A stretch of 56,511 nt of DNA, filler included, from Squatina squatina (Eukaryota): NCBI GenBank assembly GCA_031763465.1. It is 3 parts of 3 records of this genome, joined end to end, with 100 filler letters (N's around TTAATTAATTAA, not from the genome) between each part and the next. Parts side by side here need not be neighbours in the genome. Positions count along the whole stretch, not along the records: positions 32,705 to 56,511 come from JARFOE010000004.1; 2 more parts are not named here. One strand, written 5' to 3'. Position numbers and translations under genes: made by a program. Shown here piece after piece: positions 43,855 to 56,511 of the stretch (its first letter is position 1; every line of letters begins with the position of its first letter). Below the pieces are notes generated by a model that was not told where the DNA came from, did not search any database, and saw only the letters and a list, made by a program, of their open reading frames with translations.

Positions 43855-45530
43855 CTGGGATCAAACCAAGAATAATTGGAATAATTAGGAATAAGAATTA
43901 CATTACAGTTGCCTATTGCTTTAAATATAATTTTCATATTCATTGTGTCTACTGATTTGGTAATTTGAAAACGTGCTTTGTTTTGAATATTTATGAGCAA
44001 AGATTGATGCAAGTTTTGTTGATATAACTTTAACAATATTTTCCCAATATCTCGGATGCTGCTATGCCCAGTGTTATTTTTACAAAAGCCCTTGGGCGCC
44101 CAATTGTTCCTTCAGCACTAGTGCTAACTGAGTGCTAAACGGGTGCTGGGGTGTAATGCCCGTTTTTGGCGTTAATGGGCTCTGCTGAAGAATTGGCATT
44201 GCCCAATGCAGGTGCTAAATGGGCCTGGCGTCGGGAGCTGGACGCCGGCCCTGNNNNNNNNNNNNNNNNNNNNNNNNNNNNNNNNNNNNNNNNNNNNNNN
44301 NNNNNNNNNNNNNNNNNNNNNNNNNNNNNNNNNNNNNNNNNNNNNNNNNNNNNNNNNNNNNNNNNNNNNNNNNNNNNNNNNNNNNNNNNNNNNNNNNNNN
44401 NNNNNNNNNNNNNNNNNNNNNNNNNNNNNNNNNNNNNNNNNNNNNNNNNNNNNNNNNNNNNNNNNNNNNNNNNNNNNNNNNNNNNNNNNNNNNNNNNNNN
44501 NNNNNNNNNNNNNNNNNNNNNNNNNNNNNNNNNNNNNNNNNNNNNNNNNNNNNNNNNNNNNNNNNNNNNNNNNNNNNNNNNNNNNNNNNNNNNNNNNNNN
44601 NNNNNNNNNNNNNNNNNNNNNNNNNNNNNNNNNNNNNNNNNNNNNNNNNNNNNNNNNNNNNNNNNNNNNNNNNNNNNNNNNNNNNNNNNNNNNNNNNNNN
44701 NNNNNNNNNNNNNNNNNNNNNNNNNNNNNNNNNNNNNNNNNNNNNNNNNNNNNNNNNNNNNNNNNNNNNNNNNNNNNNNNNNNNNNNNNNNNNNNNNNNN
44801 NNNNNNNNNNNNNNNNNNNNNNNNNNNNNNNNNNNNNNNNNNNNNNNNNNNNNNNNNNNNNNNNNNNNNNNNNNNNNNNNNNNNNNNNNNNNNNNNNNNN
44901 NNNNNNNNNNNNNNNNNNNNNNNNNNNNNNNNNNNNNNNNNNNNNNNNNNNNNNNNNNNNNNNNNNNNNNNNNNNNNNNNNNNNNNNNNNNNNNNNNNNN
45001 NNNNNNNNNNNNNNNNNNNNNNNNNNNNNNNNNNNNNNNNNNNNNNNNNNNNNNNNNNNNNNNNNNNNNNNNNNNNNNNNNNNNNNNNNNNNNNNNNNNN
45101 NNNNNNNNNNNNNNNNNNNNNNNNNNNNNNNNNNNNNNNNNNNNNNNNNNNNNNNNNNNNNNNNNNNNNNNNNNNNNNNNNNNNNNNNNNNNNNNNNNNN
45201 NNNNNNNNNNNNNNNNNNNNNNNNNNNNNNNNNNNNNNNNNNNNNNNNTTGGGATTCAGAAATCATGGGCATAAATCTGCAACATAACACGATTATATAG
45301 CATCTTGGGACATAATCAAGCGCATCATAGTACCTAACTCCCCTTCCCATGCTCTAAGCACTTATTTAAGATAAACAAAAAAACAATATCTGAACTATCC
45401 ATAATACTGTAATAGTTAAAGGCTCAGTTGTTGAAACTATTTTGGCAAAGGTACTGACTTTGTATTTGTATTTAGATAGCAGCTAGTGCAACAATATCAA
45501 CTACAGGACATTCTTGGCTGAAATCTCTAC

Positions 45531-45703
45531 CTGTGCTCATGGATAGTTCTGATAGTTTGTGTGGTAAATCGGCTGAATTGGCTCCTGTTGGAGAGCCAAG
45601 AATATCAGGTAAGGCATTTCTGCGGCCCGCCCGACCTGATGAGAAAATCTGTGACAACAGTCTCCACATCAGTCATTTCTGAGTCGTCTCCTCATAGCAA
45701 CAG
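45531..45703 (-). CDS. PKIB: PKIB main exon (pseudosubstrate and NES), with an apparent frameshift at 45643
   Basis: Acceptor TTCTTTCCTTTCAG, donor G|GTAGAG. MTDVETVVTDF runs from the ATG at 45676, and SSGRAGRRNALPDILGSPTGANSADLPHKLSELSMST is in a different frame. Confidence 0.9.
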
Positions 45704-45857
45704 CTGAAAGGAAAGAAGGAGAATGGTAAAGTAATAGAACATGATGCTTATTCTACCCCCAGACACATTCAAACCAGTCCACAAATAAACTCAGCACTAA
45801 TCTGCCCCAGAGCTGTGGCTATATAATAGTCCTCACTTCATAATCTACAGGTAACTT

Positions 45858-45967
45858 GAAAGAAAGACTTGCATCTATATAGTGCCTTTCATGACCTCAG
45901 GACATCCCAAAGTGTTTTACAGCCAATGAAGTACTTTTTGAAGTGTAGTCACTATTGTAATTAGGAA
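45858..45967 (-). mobile_element. SacSINE1-like 3' tail
   Basis: Near-identical to 7899-8008. Confidence 0.8.
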
Positions 45968-45974
45968 AGTTATC

Positions 45975-46115
45975 TGACTCGACTGGAGTATTGTGTCCAA
46001 TTCTGGACACCACACTTTTGGAAGGATGCAAAGGCCTTGGAGAGGGTGCAGAAAAGATTTACAAGAATGATTCCAGGAATGAGGAACTTCAGTTATGTTG
46101 ATAGACTGGAGTAGC
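45975..46115 (+). mobile_element. CR1 ORF2 fragment
   Basis: LEYCVQFWTPHFWKDAKALERVQKRFTRMIPGMRNFSYVDRLE. Confidence 0.9.
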
Positions 46116-47402
46116 NNNNNNNNNNNNNNNNNNNNNNNNNNNNNNNNNNNNNNNNNNNNNNNNNNNNNNNNNNNNNNNNNNNNNNNNNNNNNNNNNNNNN
46201 NNNNNNNNNNNNNNNAAATTATGAGTAAGTACTGTGCGACATCACTGCAGTATTACCAGTTTCTGTTTTGCATTCTCCTATTTCATGCATTCTCATTGAT
46301 TCATTCATTTTCTGTCTTGATTTAATTCTGGGTCATTTGGCAATTCACTGATTCGGCTCTTCCACAATAGTCTGATTCATTCTTCAGAGGAAGCTATTCT
46401 CTAGTGTTCAGCTGTTCTACCTACAGGAGCCTCAGGCTCGCTCACGCAGGCAACGTAATAATTGACCGTTCCAGTGCCCATGTGCTTTAAGTTTCTGAGA
46501 AAACCAATGTCTGCAGCACACACTTAAATACACCAACTGCAAGAAGTCTACCAGCCTGGAGGAGGTCAGACTAGCGCCAGAAAGCAAACAGATCATTCAT
46601 TCTGCATTCTCTTAAATTTTTATGTGAATCCACATGTCTTTATGAAGACTTCACTGGGAAGACTGTAGTGGGGAAGGAGAGAACAATTAACTCTAATCAT
46701 TGGCTTTTTAAGCCTTTTTGTTGAAAATTGTTTTAAATGTAGTGCACGTATGTCTATTCACAAGTTTAGGTGATAGAAAGCAGTGCTCAGGCTTGTTTTC
46801 ACATTGAAAGCTTGGATGCGAATATTTCCCCTCAGGGACACTGGCTGACTGTCTGGAGAATTCTGAAACTAGGTCAGAAAATTAGCACTTTAATGCCTGA
46901 TTTAAATCTGCCGCTTCATCCCAACAATTGTTCAGAGTAGGTGTATAATGCTTGGACTATTCTTGCACTAAAGACTATCACTGGAGATGTGCAGTTGCAG
47001 AACAGTGCCAGCTGCTGCAAGGAACAGCCGTAGTGAACCTGCACCATATGGATGGCACTGACAATGATAGTCAAGGTCTCTGCCACCCTCAATTTTTCTG
47101 GCTCTTGCCTTCTTCCGAGCTAACACGGCGATCATCTGCAGCAGCAGCTACACTGGTATCAAATAATAGCATAGCCAGCACAATTATTTCCTTTCCAACT
47201 GAATATCCGCACAAACATGACAGAACTGGCTAATGTCACTGCACTGCTGCATTCTGCAAAGTATCGGAGTGGACCTCAAGTTCCTGCTCCTACTCCTGCT
47301 CTGTCACTACCACTTGCTCCTCCTTGTCACAATTTTGGTTTCTCCAGATATTTTTGTCATGTTCTACAAAAGCCAACTCCCACATGAAAGCCTACACATC
47401 CT

Positions 47403-47489
47403 ATGATGCTAGAGTCCATTATAAAGGATGTAATAGAGCACTTGGAAAACAGTGATAGAATCGGACAAAGTCAGCATGGATTTATGAAA
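47403..47489 (+). mobile_element. CR1 RT fragment
   Basis: MLESIIKDVIEHLENSDRIGQSQHGFMK. Confidence 0.85.
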
Positions 47490-48928
47490 NNNNNNNNNNN
47501 NNNNNNNNNNNNNNNNNNNNNNNNNNNNNNNNNNNNNNNNNNNNNNNNNNNNNNNNNNNNNNNNNNNNNNNNNNNNNNNNNNNNNNNNNGCTGCAGAATG
47601 CTATTGCTTAGCAACAAATGTTTTCTGTTTTTCCTGCAGGTTTTGTAAATGGAAACAGTTCATGATCATCACAACTTTGTTTTACAATATAAAAGTCTCA
47701 TTATGGGGAAATCAGCTACATTGTCAAATGCAATTCCTTCAATCAGTTTATGCCTTTCAAGATTAGTTCAAAAGGGAGATTTTCCAAAAAAAGCATAAAA
47801 ATAATAATGAAATAAACACAGAATTGATTTATACAGAATAAAAAAAGGCAAATGTAGAGGTGGGAATAGAAAATAGTAAGAAGTTTTCTTTAACAATATT
47901 AAGCTTGCATTGTTACAATGTTGCTTGCTATTTCTCCTGGATTAGGAATTTGTTAACAGGTATAATTTTACAAATATACTATTTGTTCACCCTGATCAAT
48001 ATTTGTATTTTCTTTACTGTTCTTACTACGTGATTTGGATGAGAGTTCATTACAAAAAAAATTAAATATGTTGGATTACAGCAAAGTCTAAATTCAATGC
48101 TTCAATTTGAATGGCATATTACTGATCATCTCCAATCCACATTGTTATAACTTTGAAGTTATTGAAGTGCATGAGCTCAAAATAAGCTCTATAAACTGCA
48201 TTTTATTAAGAAAACAAAATCATGAAGAAATAGAAATGTGTGCATCATACTACAACTGCAAAACAGATGCTGTGACAGCTTTGTTGTGACATGAAATTAA
48301 AGTGACTTGTCAGAAACTGCCTTTCAGCAAGACTCAGTACTACTGGACTAATTAAAAGACTCATTTAAACAGATGTCATTCACTGCCTTACAGCTAAATC
48401 AGTTGTATAAAGCAGGTTCTCCCTGGAATAGTCTGGAAGTGAAATAAATGTTACTAAGACAATAGAAAGAATAATGCAATAACAATTTAAAAATGGTTAG
48501 AAACCAAACATTACCATAGACAGAATTTCCCTTAAATAAATTATTATTTCTTGATAAAACTGCAATAAATATTTTGAAAATCAATTAATACCCATTTGGA
48601 AAAGTCATCTCATATTAAATACATGGAGTGTACTGATAATTAGCCATTGCAGAAGTAAGACAAATTGATAGTACAATATTTTTCCCATTCACATATCCAT
48701 ATATAAAAGCATATCGGGGATTGTAAATCTGTATTCTAATTATGGGTTTGCATGCAGATACAATATATTTGTCTGATTTCTTAATTTTAAAATGCAAGAC
48801 ACTTGGAAGATAAATGAATGCAAATTGTTTTCATCAATTACTATTTTAAGACACTATGCTAGGAATGTTTATACAGCCTTGAATATATTATTTCGTTATA
48901 TAGAAAGATGTATTTAAAATTTCTCTTT

Positions 48929-49278
48929 TGGGGAGAAATTGGGTGCATTTGCAGCTCCTGTTATAACGGGGCGCAAATGACTTTCCCACTGGGCCCAGCG
49001 CTGCTAACGACTCACGTTAAATTCGGCGGGAGTTTAGCGGCCGTGCTACAGCGTGGCGCTCCGATCTCCTGCGCCTGTGCGTGTCGCCCCATTATCACCT
49101 CGGCCCCCAAATTGGGTTTTGCCCCCTGAAGCAGCACCAGGTGATAACAGCGATTGCTTCGGGGGACGCATACCGGGCGGCCGGCCACTCCCGAGTGAAA
49201 GGTGAGGTGGCTGACTGCTGAGAAAAAAAGTATTCTGTTTTCGTTGCTGCTCCGGTGACGGGGTTGGTGCCTCGATCA
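48929..49278. mobile_element. GC-rich Harbinger-like non-autonomous element, left part
   Basis: Starts ggggagaaatt (compare 5586), with an abrupt CpG-rich block running into a gap. Confidence 0.5.
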
Positions 49279-51295
49279 NNNNNNNNNNNNNNNNNNNNNN
49301 NNNNNNNNNNNNNNNNNNNNNNNNNNNNNNNNNNNNNNNNNNNNNNNNNNNNNNNNNNNNNNNNNNNNNNNNNNNNNNCCTGCGGTCTGCTGTTTGTTGC
49401 AGACACGGATGGACTAAAAGCGCACTTGAGTGATTAGTGAAAACTGTATTTGCCTGCTACAATATTAAATTACATTGCCTGTTTGGACCTCCCCTCTCAG
49501 ATACTGCTAAACGCACTTACTAGATGACAGACCTTTTATAACAACAAAAATAATGAATATGTTACAACTGTAAAATATCAGACTAATATTGCAAGACAGC
49601 TGTAAATTCTGCCAAAAGACTCACTGTGTTATGTTGATAAAAGCATAGGAGTGCACATTTCTAATAACTATTTTTTGAATAGCCGTTACTATTCCAATAC
49701 AAACCCATCTTCCCAGAAAAGAAATTGATTTCTATTTTCATTGCATCAGAAGATGCACTTACAATGTCAGAAAAAAATTGGCATAGTTTTCAGATGCAGG
49801 CTAAATCCTCTGCTTTATTTGCTAACTGTCCTATCACAGTTGATCACAGCTTATTCTATTCAAGGAACAAAAGCTGCTGAGAGGTCAACGTATACTGCTG
49901 TGTTAACATTTATAAAACTGCCTATTGAACTGTAATAACCTTGTTGTCCACAGCTGGGAATAATTTCACAAACAAATGTGAATTTGTTACACTATCAACT
50001 GATGCAAGTACAATTTAACAACAGAAGTGATAAAAGCATTTAGAAGCCAGATTTACTTGCCTGAAAAGTTGGTATATTTTGACATAATAATGATAGGGAT
50101 GAGCTTCAGAGGTAGTCAACAGTCATTTAGAGAAATTAAATCTGAGCAACAAAGGTACAGTTTCCTAATGCTGGATTTAAAAAGGTTCTGTGCTATTTGG
50201 GCCTCACTTTGTACATGCGCATTACCTTTATGAAATATCTTGGCCTATCCAGTTTTGAGCTTGGAAAATGGTAATTACCCTGTGTTGAGCAACAATTTCT
50301 CCTAAGGCAGAACCGCAACAGATGCAGACCCTTCTACAGATATCCAGTCACCAGGCTTCACAGACCTGAAGGACCATATTAGAATATTTCCCTGGTTAAG
50401 TGTAGGGAGTCTGCAGCCCAGCCCAGAAAGAGCTCTGCATCATCTTGCAGGGAGATCTGCAAGCTGTTACAAGAAACAGGACAAAGCTTATGGGGACTCA
50501 AAGTCTTTTCAACCCTTAATTTGTTGGCCACTGGATCATTCCAAGGGGCAACAACCAACTACTGCCAGGTCAGTGAATATGTTGTACATTGTTACAAATC
50601 GCAAGTAGTTAATGCCCTGTTTAGCAAAGCAGCCCAATTCCATGTTACACAGGACCAAGATAAATAAGTGAGCCAGCCATTCATTTTAATCGGATCATGG
50701 GACTTCCATGAATGCTTGAAGCAACAGATTACATTCATGTAGCCCTGCAAGCCCTACTATTAACCAACACCATTATATGAACTGAAAGAGATTTCAATCC
50801 CTTAGTGTCCAACTAGTTTCTACATTGTTTTCTGTGTATCACTGCCCAGTATACTGAAAGTCGCCTTGATGCATTCATCCTTCAGCAGCAGCCCAGTGTG
50901 CCTGCATTAAAATGCATATTCACGCGGCTACCTGAGTCAGCGTACTATGTGACACATCTGTATTCATCTAAAAATATTTTGGATGTGGCATCACCTGAGA
51001 GACATCTCCATCACCCATGCCAACTTCCACCACAGATCTCTGGTATGCAGAGGAAGAACCTCTTTTGCTAGACATTTTTATTTACATTTTCAGGATGTGG
51101 GCATCACTAGCAAGGTTGGCATTTATTGCCCATGCCTAGTTGCACTGTACAAGTACCCTTGTGGCTTGCTTGGCCACACCAGAGGGCAGTTAACANNNNN
51201 NNNNNNNNNNNNNNNNNNNNNNNNNNNNNNNNNNNNNNNNNNNNNNNNNNNNNNNNNNNNNNNNNNNNNNNNNNNNNNNNNNNNNNNNNNNNNNN

Positions 51296-51445
51296 CCCCT
51301 GCACTTGCTTAAAAACCTGCTACATGTCTAGATTTTCCAGCTCTGACAAAGGGTCATTGACCTGAAACACTAACTCGGTTTTTCTCTCTCTCCACAGATG
51401 CTGCCTGAACTGCTGAGTGTTTCCAGCGTCTTCTGTTTTTATATT
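51296..51445 (+). mobile_element. Penelope-like terminal repeat with a degenerate hammerhead motif
   Basis: ctgacaaagggtcattgacctgaaacactaact...ctctccacagatgctgcctgaactgctgagtgtttccagc is homologous to the reverse complement of 36275-36364. Confidence 0.7.
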
Positions 51446-54400
51446 AAAATAAAGAATTCTCCATTGCTCAGTTGGCGTGAAGGGCCACATGGCCTACTCC
51501 TGCTCCTAATGCTTATGCTTTTACGACGATATTATTCAACATTGCAAAGGCAAAATAAGGAAAGATTTCATGCTCAGGTTCCTGGCTGCACAAATTATTA
51601 GACATAAAGTATCAGTACTTACTTAGACATTCTCAAATCTTCTTCCATCAACAGAGTGGTCACAGTCTGGGAAAATATCATCTCAGTAAGCAATGGTCAC
51701 AGCACTGTACCTCCACGATACGTTGCTAGGAACTGTCAGGATACCATATTACAGGCAGACAACCTTACAGCTCTGAAACATAAAAAAAAGATACCTTTTA
51801 GTACAGAGTACCACGGAGATTGTGTCCCTGAAGCCAAGACATTTATCATGTTCAAAGTATTTTATTCAGCGAATGAGTTTGGCAATAGATTGAGACATTT
51901 TGAGACAGCAAAGCCTTCCACAGCAATACAGAATGTTAATATTTAGACAATGCTATTTCTGCAAGCATCACTAACTGGCATCATCGCTATTCTATTTGTT
52001 CCTTTCTATCCCGAGAGGTATCTGCACAGCTGTGCAGGATTGCCTTTTCATCATTTCCATATGCAGAAACCCCAAGACTGCCCACCAACATGGCTGTCAA
52101 AATTAATTCGGTTGAATTTTGATGTAAAAATTCTTGTGAAAGTGGGCAGAGGAACTGCAAAAACTATAAGCATCTAAAAAGGAAAAAAAAGAGCTTATTT
52201 TCTAATGACATGCCAACCCGAGGGCTTAATTGCACCAAGTGGTCAGCGACTATAAACCTGCATATTTCACTGAAACCCAGTGACATGTACTGATATACGA
52301 CAGATGTGACTACCAGCTGCAATTACAGCACCAGAATGAATCATAGGTCCTTCCTAGAAATCAGAGTAAGTAACATTAACACACAACTGTGTTTAAATGG
52401 AACGTATTAAAGACAAAGGACCCAAGGTTCACTTGCTTTTGAAATACTTCTACTATGACTTGTTATCTACTAAGTAATTATGTGTAACACAACCCAGGGG
52501 AGGTGGTAGGAGGAATTACCAGGCTGGGTCTTTCTAAAGAACCTGGCAAGTAGCTTAAGAAACAAATCGAATTTTATCTGCACAGAAAGCTGTATAACAA
52601 ATGAAAATAGTAGGATTAAAATGATTGACAATGACTATTGGAACAAACAAGATGCTACAACGTCGACTTACTCTGCACAAACTACAACCCGACAAGCATG
52701 ATTTAAGCTTCAGAATCCGAAAAGCCCCTGAAAATAAACTGTGTTGTGCTGCTGCCTCCACACTCTTAATTTTATTTCTGGCTTCATTGAACGGTGTGCT
52801 CAGGTGCCTGGGACTAATTGTGATGACAAACAAAATGAGCGCACATCAGAATAATTATAATCTGGTAGCAATTGTTCTATAGAGTCCACTGAACTGAAAG
52901 CAGTCTGTAATAAGCACAGTCAATGGGAATTACCTCTGTACATCAACATAATGCAGTACAAAAAGCCTCTGAAAAATGAAAACCCTCTTTCAGCTCTATT
53001 CTGCCTTACCCCTTGGCTAATGATGTCCTTATGGCTAATGATGCACTTACACTTGATCTGTGCAAAATTAACAAAATGAAATTAATTAGATAAAATGTTA
53101 TCATGCCAAATAATTTCATACACATTACAGCTCCAGTGTTTATTATTAAAAACTTATAAAGCAAAATTTCTACATTTTATGAAATAGAAATTTGAGATGC
53201 CTATTCTTAAGGGAGTGTTTTTACTTCTTCAGCTATGATGTATAAAACTCTAATATGACAAATGGATCCACACAACTAATTGTATTTAAAACCTAAGCAC
53301 CTTAAGGATTACAAGCCAGCATATTATCAATTTATGTATAAAACTGGTTTTATGTATTTACTCACCAAGCAGCAGAGCTACAGGAAGCTTATGCTATTCA
53401 CTCAGCAGCCAGTGTAATGATTAAGATCCAGAGGGAAAGGTTCAGCAGAAGAACACATGTTGGTCTGTATTTGTTACTGGTTACCTCTGCCTGGCTGATT
53501 TTGATGTGAGCATCACATTGCCTCTGTGATACCGTAACATCACAAAGCTTCACAATGGAGGCAGGTCTGAAACAAAACCCAAACCTGTTACTTTTCAAGA
53601 CAATGTAGTAATTGTTTGTCAAAATAATTATTTAAAGGTGCAACAAAAGTCAAACTGCCTGTCGTTTAAGCTTTCAATTACATTTTTTAAATTCATTGAA
53701 AATTTAAGCAAATAGAAACTCCCCATGATTAATTATTCCTTTGGTAGAGTCCAAATTATCGCAAAAACATTAATTCTTCAGAAGTAATTGCTCATAACAA
53801 ACTCAGCATCAAACCAATACTGAGTGGCGATTAAGACAAGATACATTTCCAAAGCTGTCAATGTCAGCATAGTCATAAAGGAAGCATTTCTGGTCAGTAA
53901 GAATTACATGGTTTTCAAAAATATCTAAACATATGAGCTATGATTACAATTAGAGTGACATACATCAAAATAAGTCACACTTCTAAATCACATTGAGTCA
54001 TTGTCAATCTTAATTACTTGTCAGGTCTCCTTTCCATTAAGGCACTTCATTGAAAGTACTGTTGGCAAATGAGGCCATCTAGTCAGGAAACAATCTTTTT
54101 CATGAGACTGGTTCATGTGTCACTATTTGCAACTGTTTGCTTCAGTAGTAACCTGCAGTCTAAATAGGAAGCAGGTTTTATATATAATACATAAGCAACC
54201 CTCTAGGACATATTGTAGAGTTGGATAAAAGCAGAATCTAATCTTGAATAGATGAATTTCTTTATATTGCAAAATATATAATTCATGGCTACAAAAGGCA
54301 GAACATTGAACAGACTGTGTATTGTTTATNNNNNNNNNNNNNNNNNNNNNNNNNNNNNNNNNNNNNNNNNNNNNNNNNNNNNNNNNNNNNNNNNNNNNNN

Positions 54401-55462
54401 NNNNNNNNNNNNNNNNNNNNNNNNNNNNNTATTCTGTCTCGAAGTATTAACTGAATAAAAGTTGGTACAGAACAAAATCAATAGTAGTCATATGTAATTG
54501 TTAGTTGAAAACAAGCTCCTGCTTTCTTTTTGTCTTGACGCTATGGAATTTCCTTCATGCCTACTGCTGTACTCTGTGTCTGCTGATCAAGGTATTCACT
54601 CAGCTGGTGAACTTCTCCCAAGATTACTTTCCTGCAAGTGCAATGGACAGGGGGAGGGGAGAGGGAAGGGATTGTAGGAGAGGAACCTTGCAGCTCTCTT
54701 GGCACGGACCACNNNNNNNNNNTGGACAATCAACAGCACTTCTGCGTGGTTGAAACCTTCTGATCAATTTTTTGGTCTTGGTTGCCAAGTTTTCAGTGAG
54801 CACATTTGTATTGGCAAATAGTTTGTTACTAAAAGGGGTTAAGAGGTCTCAGTGGAACTTGTAAAAATACTGCGCTCACAAGGAATGGGTTCATTAAATC
54901 ATCATTTGGTAATTACAGTGCAGAGCACAAATACAAAAATAACTTGACATTTTAGACAGTGGTTATATTATCAGGAAATAGAATAAGATTCATTTTCAGC
55001 TCATTATAACCAGGATCATTGTATTTTTATTTCATAAATAACTTCCTTCTAATTTATACTGTTGCAAGTGGTTGGTATTTGTTTTCTAGAATCAGTATAA
55101 TCTTTGGTCTTTGGAGAGTTGGATAAGGGATGACTCAGCAACACAAAGATGTGAGAAGCTGGCATACACCTGCTCATTAGTTGTTTATCTGAATATTCTA
55201 TATCTGTAACAAAGTAAAACTTTATCTAACTAATCTCCTGTTGAAAATATGCAAGTGGGTGATCAGAAACTCGGAGCTAAAATTCTCCAACTGATGTGAG
55301 CCACTGAAGCCAAGTTGGCAAATTCAGTTCTCTTCCACAAACTTATGATAACCTCGTTTGCATACAAATTCATTTAGCTGTAATTTCAGGCAGCCTTGTG
55401 TTAAGATTATGAAGGAAAGATTATTTTCTAGAACCAAAAGTATAAAATTTACAAAATGGGAA

Positions 55463-55707
55463 CTTAAAATTCTGACAGGGCTCGACAAACTAGATGCAGG
55501 GAGGGTGTTTCCCCTAGCTGGTGAGTATAGAACCAGGAGTCTCAGGCTCAGAATACAGGGTAGGCCACTTAGGACTGGGATTAGGAGAAATTTCTTCACG
55601 AGAGCAGTGAACCTGTGGAATTCTCTACCACAGAAGGCTGTGGAGGTCAAGTCATTGAATATATCAAGGAGATAGCCAGATTTCTAGATACTAAAGGCAT
55701 CAAGGGG
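55463..55707 (+). mobile_element. CR1 ORF2 C-terminal fragment
   Basis: KILTGLDKLDAGRVFPLAGEYRTRSLRLRIQGRPLRTGIRRNFFTRAVNLWNSLPQKAVE. Confidence 0.92.
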
Positions 55708-56375
55708 NNNNNNNNNNNNNNNNNNNNNNNNNNNNNNNNNNNNNNNNNNNNNNNNNNNNNNNNNNNNNNNNNNNNNNNNNNNNNNNNNNNNNNNNNNNNN
55801 NNNNNNNCTGTTCTAAGGTTTAAAAAAAAAAGTTTGTCAAGGCAGATGATTTATCCAAATGAGGCAACCTTCATTTCAGCTATGCCTGAAAATAAACCCT
55901 TTACATTTAAGAAAGGAGAGAACGTTAAAGAGTAAAAAGCAGATACATTCTTTATTGTAGCAATTACAACCTTCAATGAGTGCTAAAGAATAAAGCATTG
56001 CAAAAATTCATATTGCAAATAGTTGGAAAACAATATCCAACACAAATACCTGTTTTCATGATTTGACTAAATGGAGGTACCGTTTCATTGGTTCTTTTCT
56101 CTCTCTTTGTAGATACCGTGTTTATGCGGCAGTGCACCATGCCTTCTATGTGGATGCTGCCCAAGTGGGAAGAATTCAACAGTGACTCGTTTGATTTTTG
56201 CGTTCTTTCTGCTGCTGGGAGTGGGAGTGGCTTGTATTATGTTAATGCCAGGAATGGAAGAGCAACTCCAGAAGGTTGAGTATCTAATGGCAGTTTACAG
56301 TATACACCACTTGTATGTATAACCTGGTCTACAAATGCAGGGCACATAAATAAATCATTATATTTTAGATGCAGG

Positions 56376-56511
56376 GAACCCATCTAGTTCACTAATGTCC
56401 TTTAGGGAAGGGAATCTGCCATCCTGACCTGGTCTGGCTTATATGTGACTCCAGACCCACAGCAATGTGGTTGACTCTTATCTACCCTCTGAAATGGCCT
56501 AGCAAGACACT
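56376..56511 (+). mobile_element. Second copy of the SINE/LINE 5' core seen at 2440-2565
   Basis: gttcactaatgtcctttagggaagg...gactccagacccacagcaatgtggttgactctta...ctctgaaatggcctagcaag. Confidence 0.75.

Noticed and set aside
15406-45703. Novel linkage of the SLC9A8-SPATA2-RNF114 and PKIB-FABP7-SMPDL3A blocks
   Set aside because: The blocks are separated by two artificial linkers, so there is no evidence of a rearrangement.

Overview
Eukaryotic DNA, not prokaryotic: a fragmented draft assembly of a jawed vertebrate, most likely a shark or other cartilaginous fish (inferred from SacSINE1-like DeuSINEs, CR1 and Penelope-like repeats, and protein divergence). Two artificial linkers (44 N + TTAATTAATTAA + 44 N, at 16431-16530 and 32605-32704) split the window into three unrelated scaffolds. 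Scaffold 1 (1-16430) has SLC9A8 exons (+), the last exon of SPATA2 (-) and RNF114 exon 1 (+), the order known from human 20q13. Scaffold 2 (16531-32604) has no recognisable coding exon, only repeats and AT-rich enhancer-like sequence. Scaffold 3 (32705-end) has SMPDL3A, FABP7 and PKIB exons, all on the minus strand, the order known from human 6q22. Many exons are lost in 100-N gaps, so intergenic distances are unreliable. Most notable observations: a U12-type AT-AC intron donor in SLC9A8; a minimal hammerhead ribozyme motif in a Penelope-like element whose endonuclease is split by a CR1 insertion; an apparent frameshift in PKIB; a tandem pair of B-box-like zinc fingers in SPATA2; and a compact SPATA2/RNF114 divergent promoter. 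I found no evidence for a wholly new multi-gene system. All comparisons with proteins and repeat families are from recall, not from a database search.
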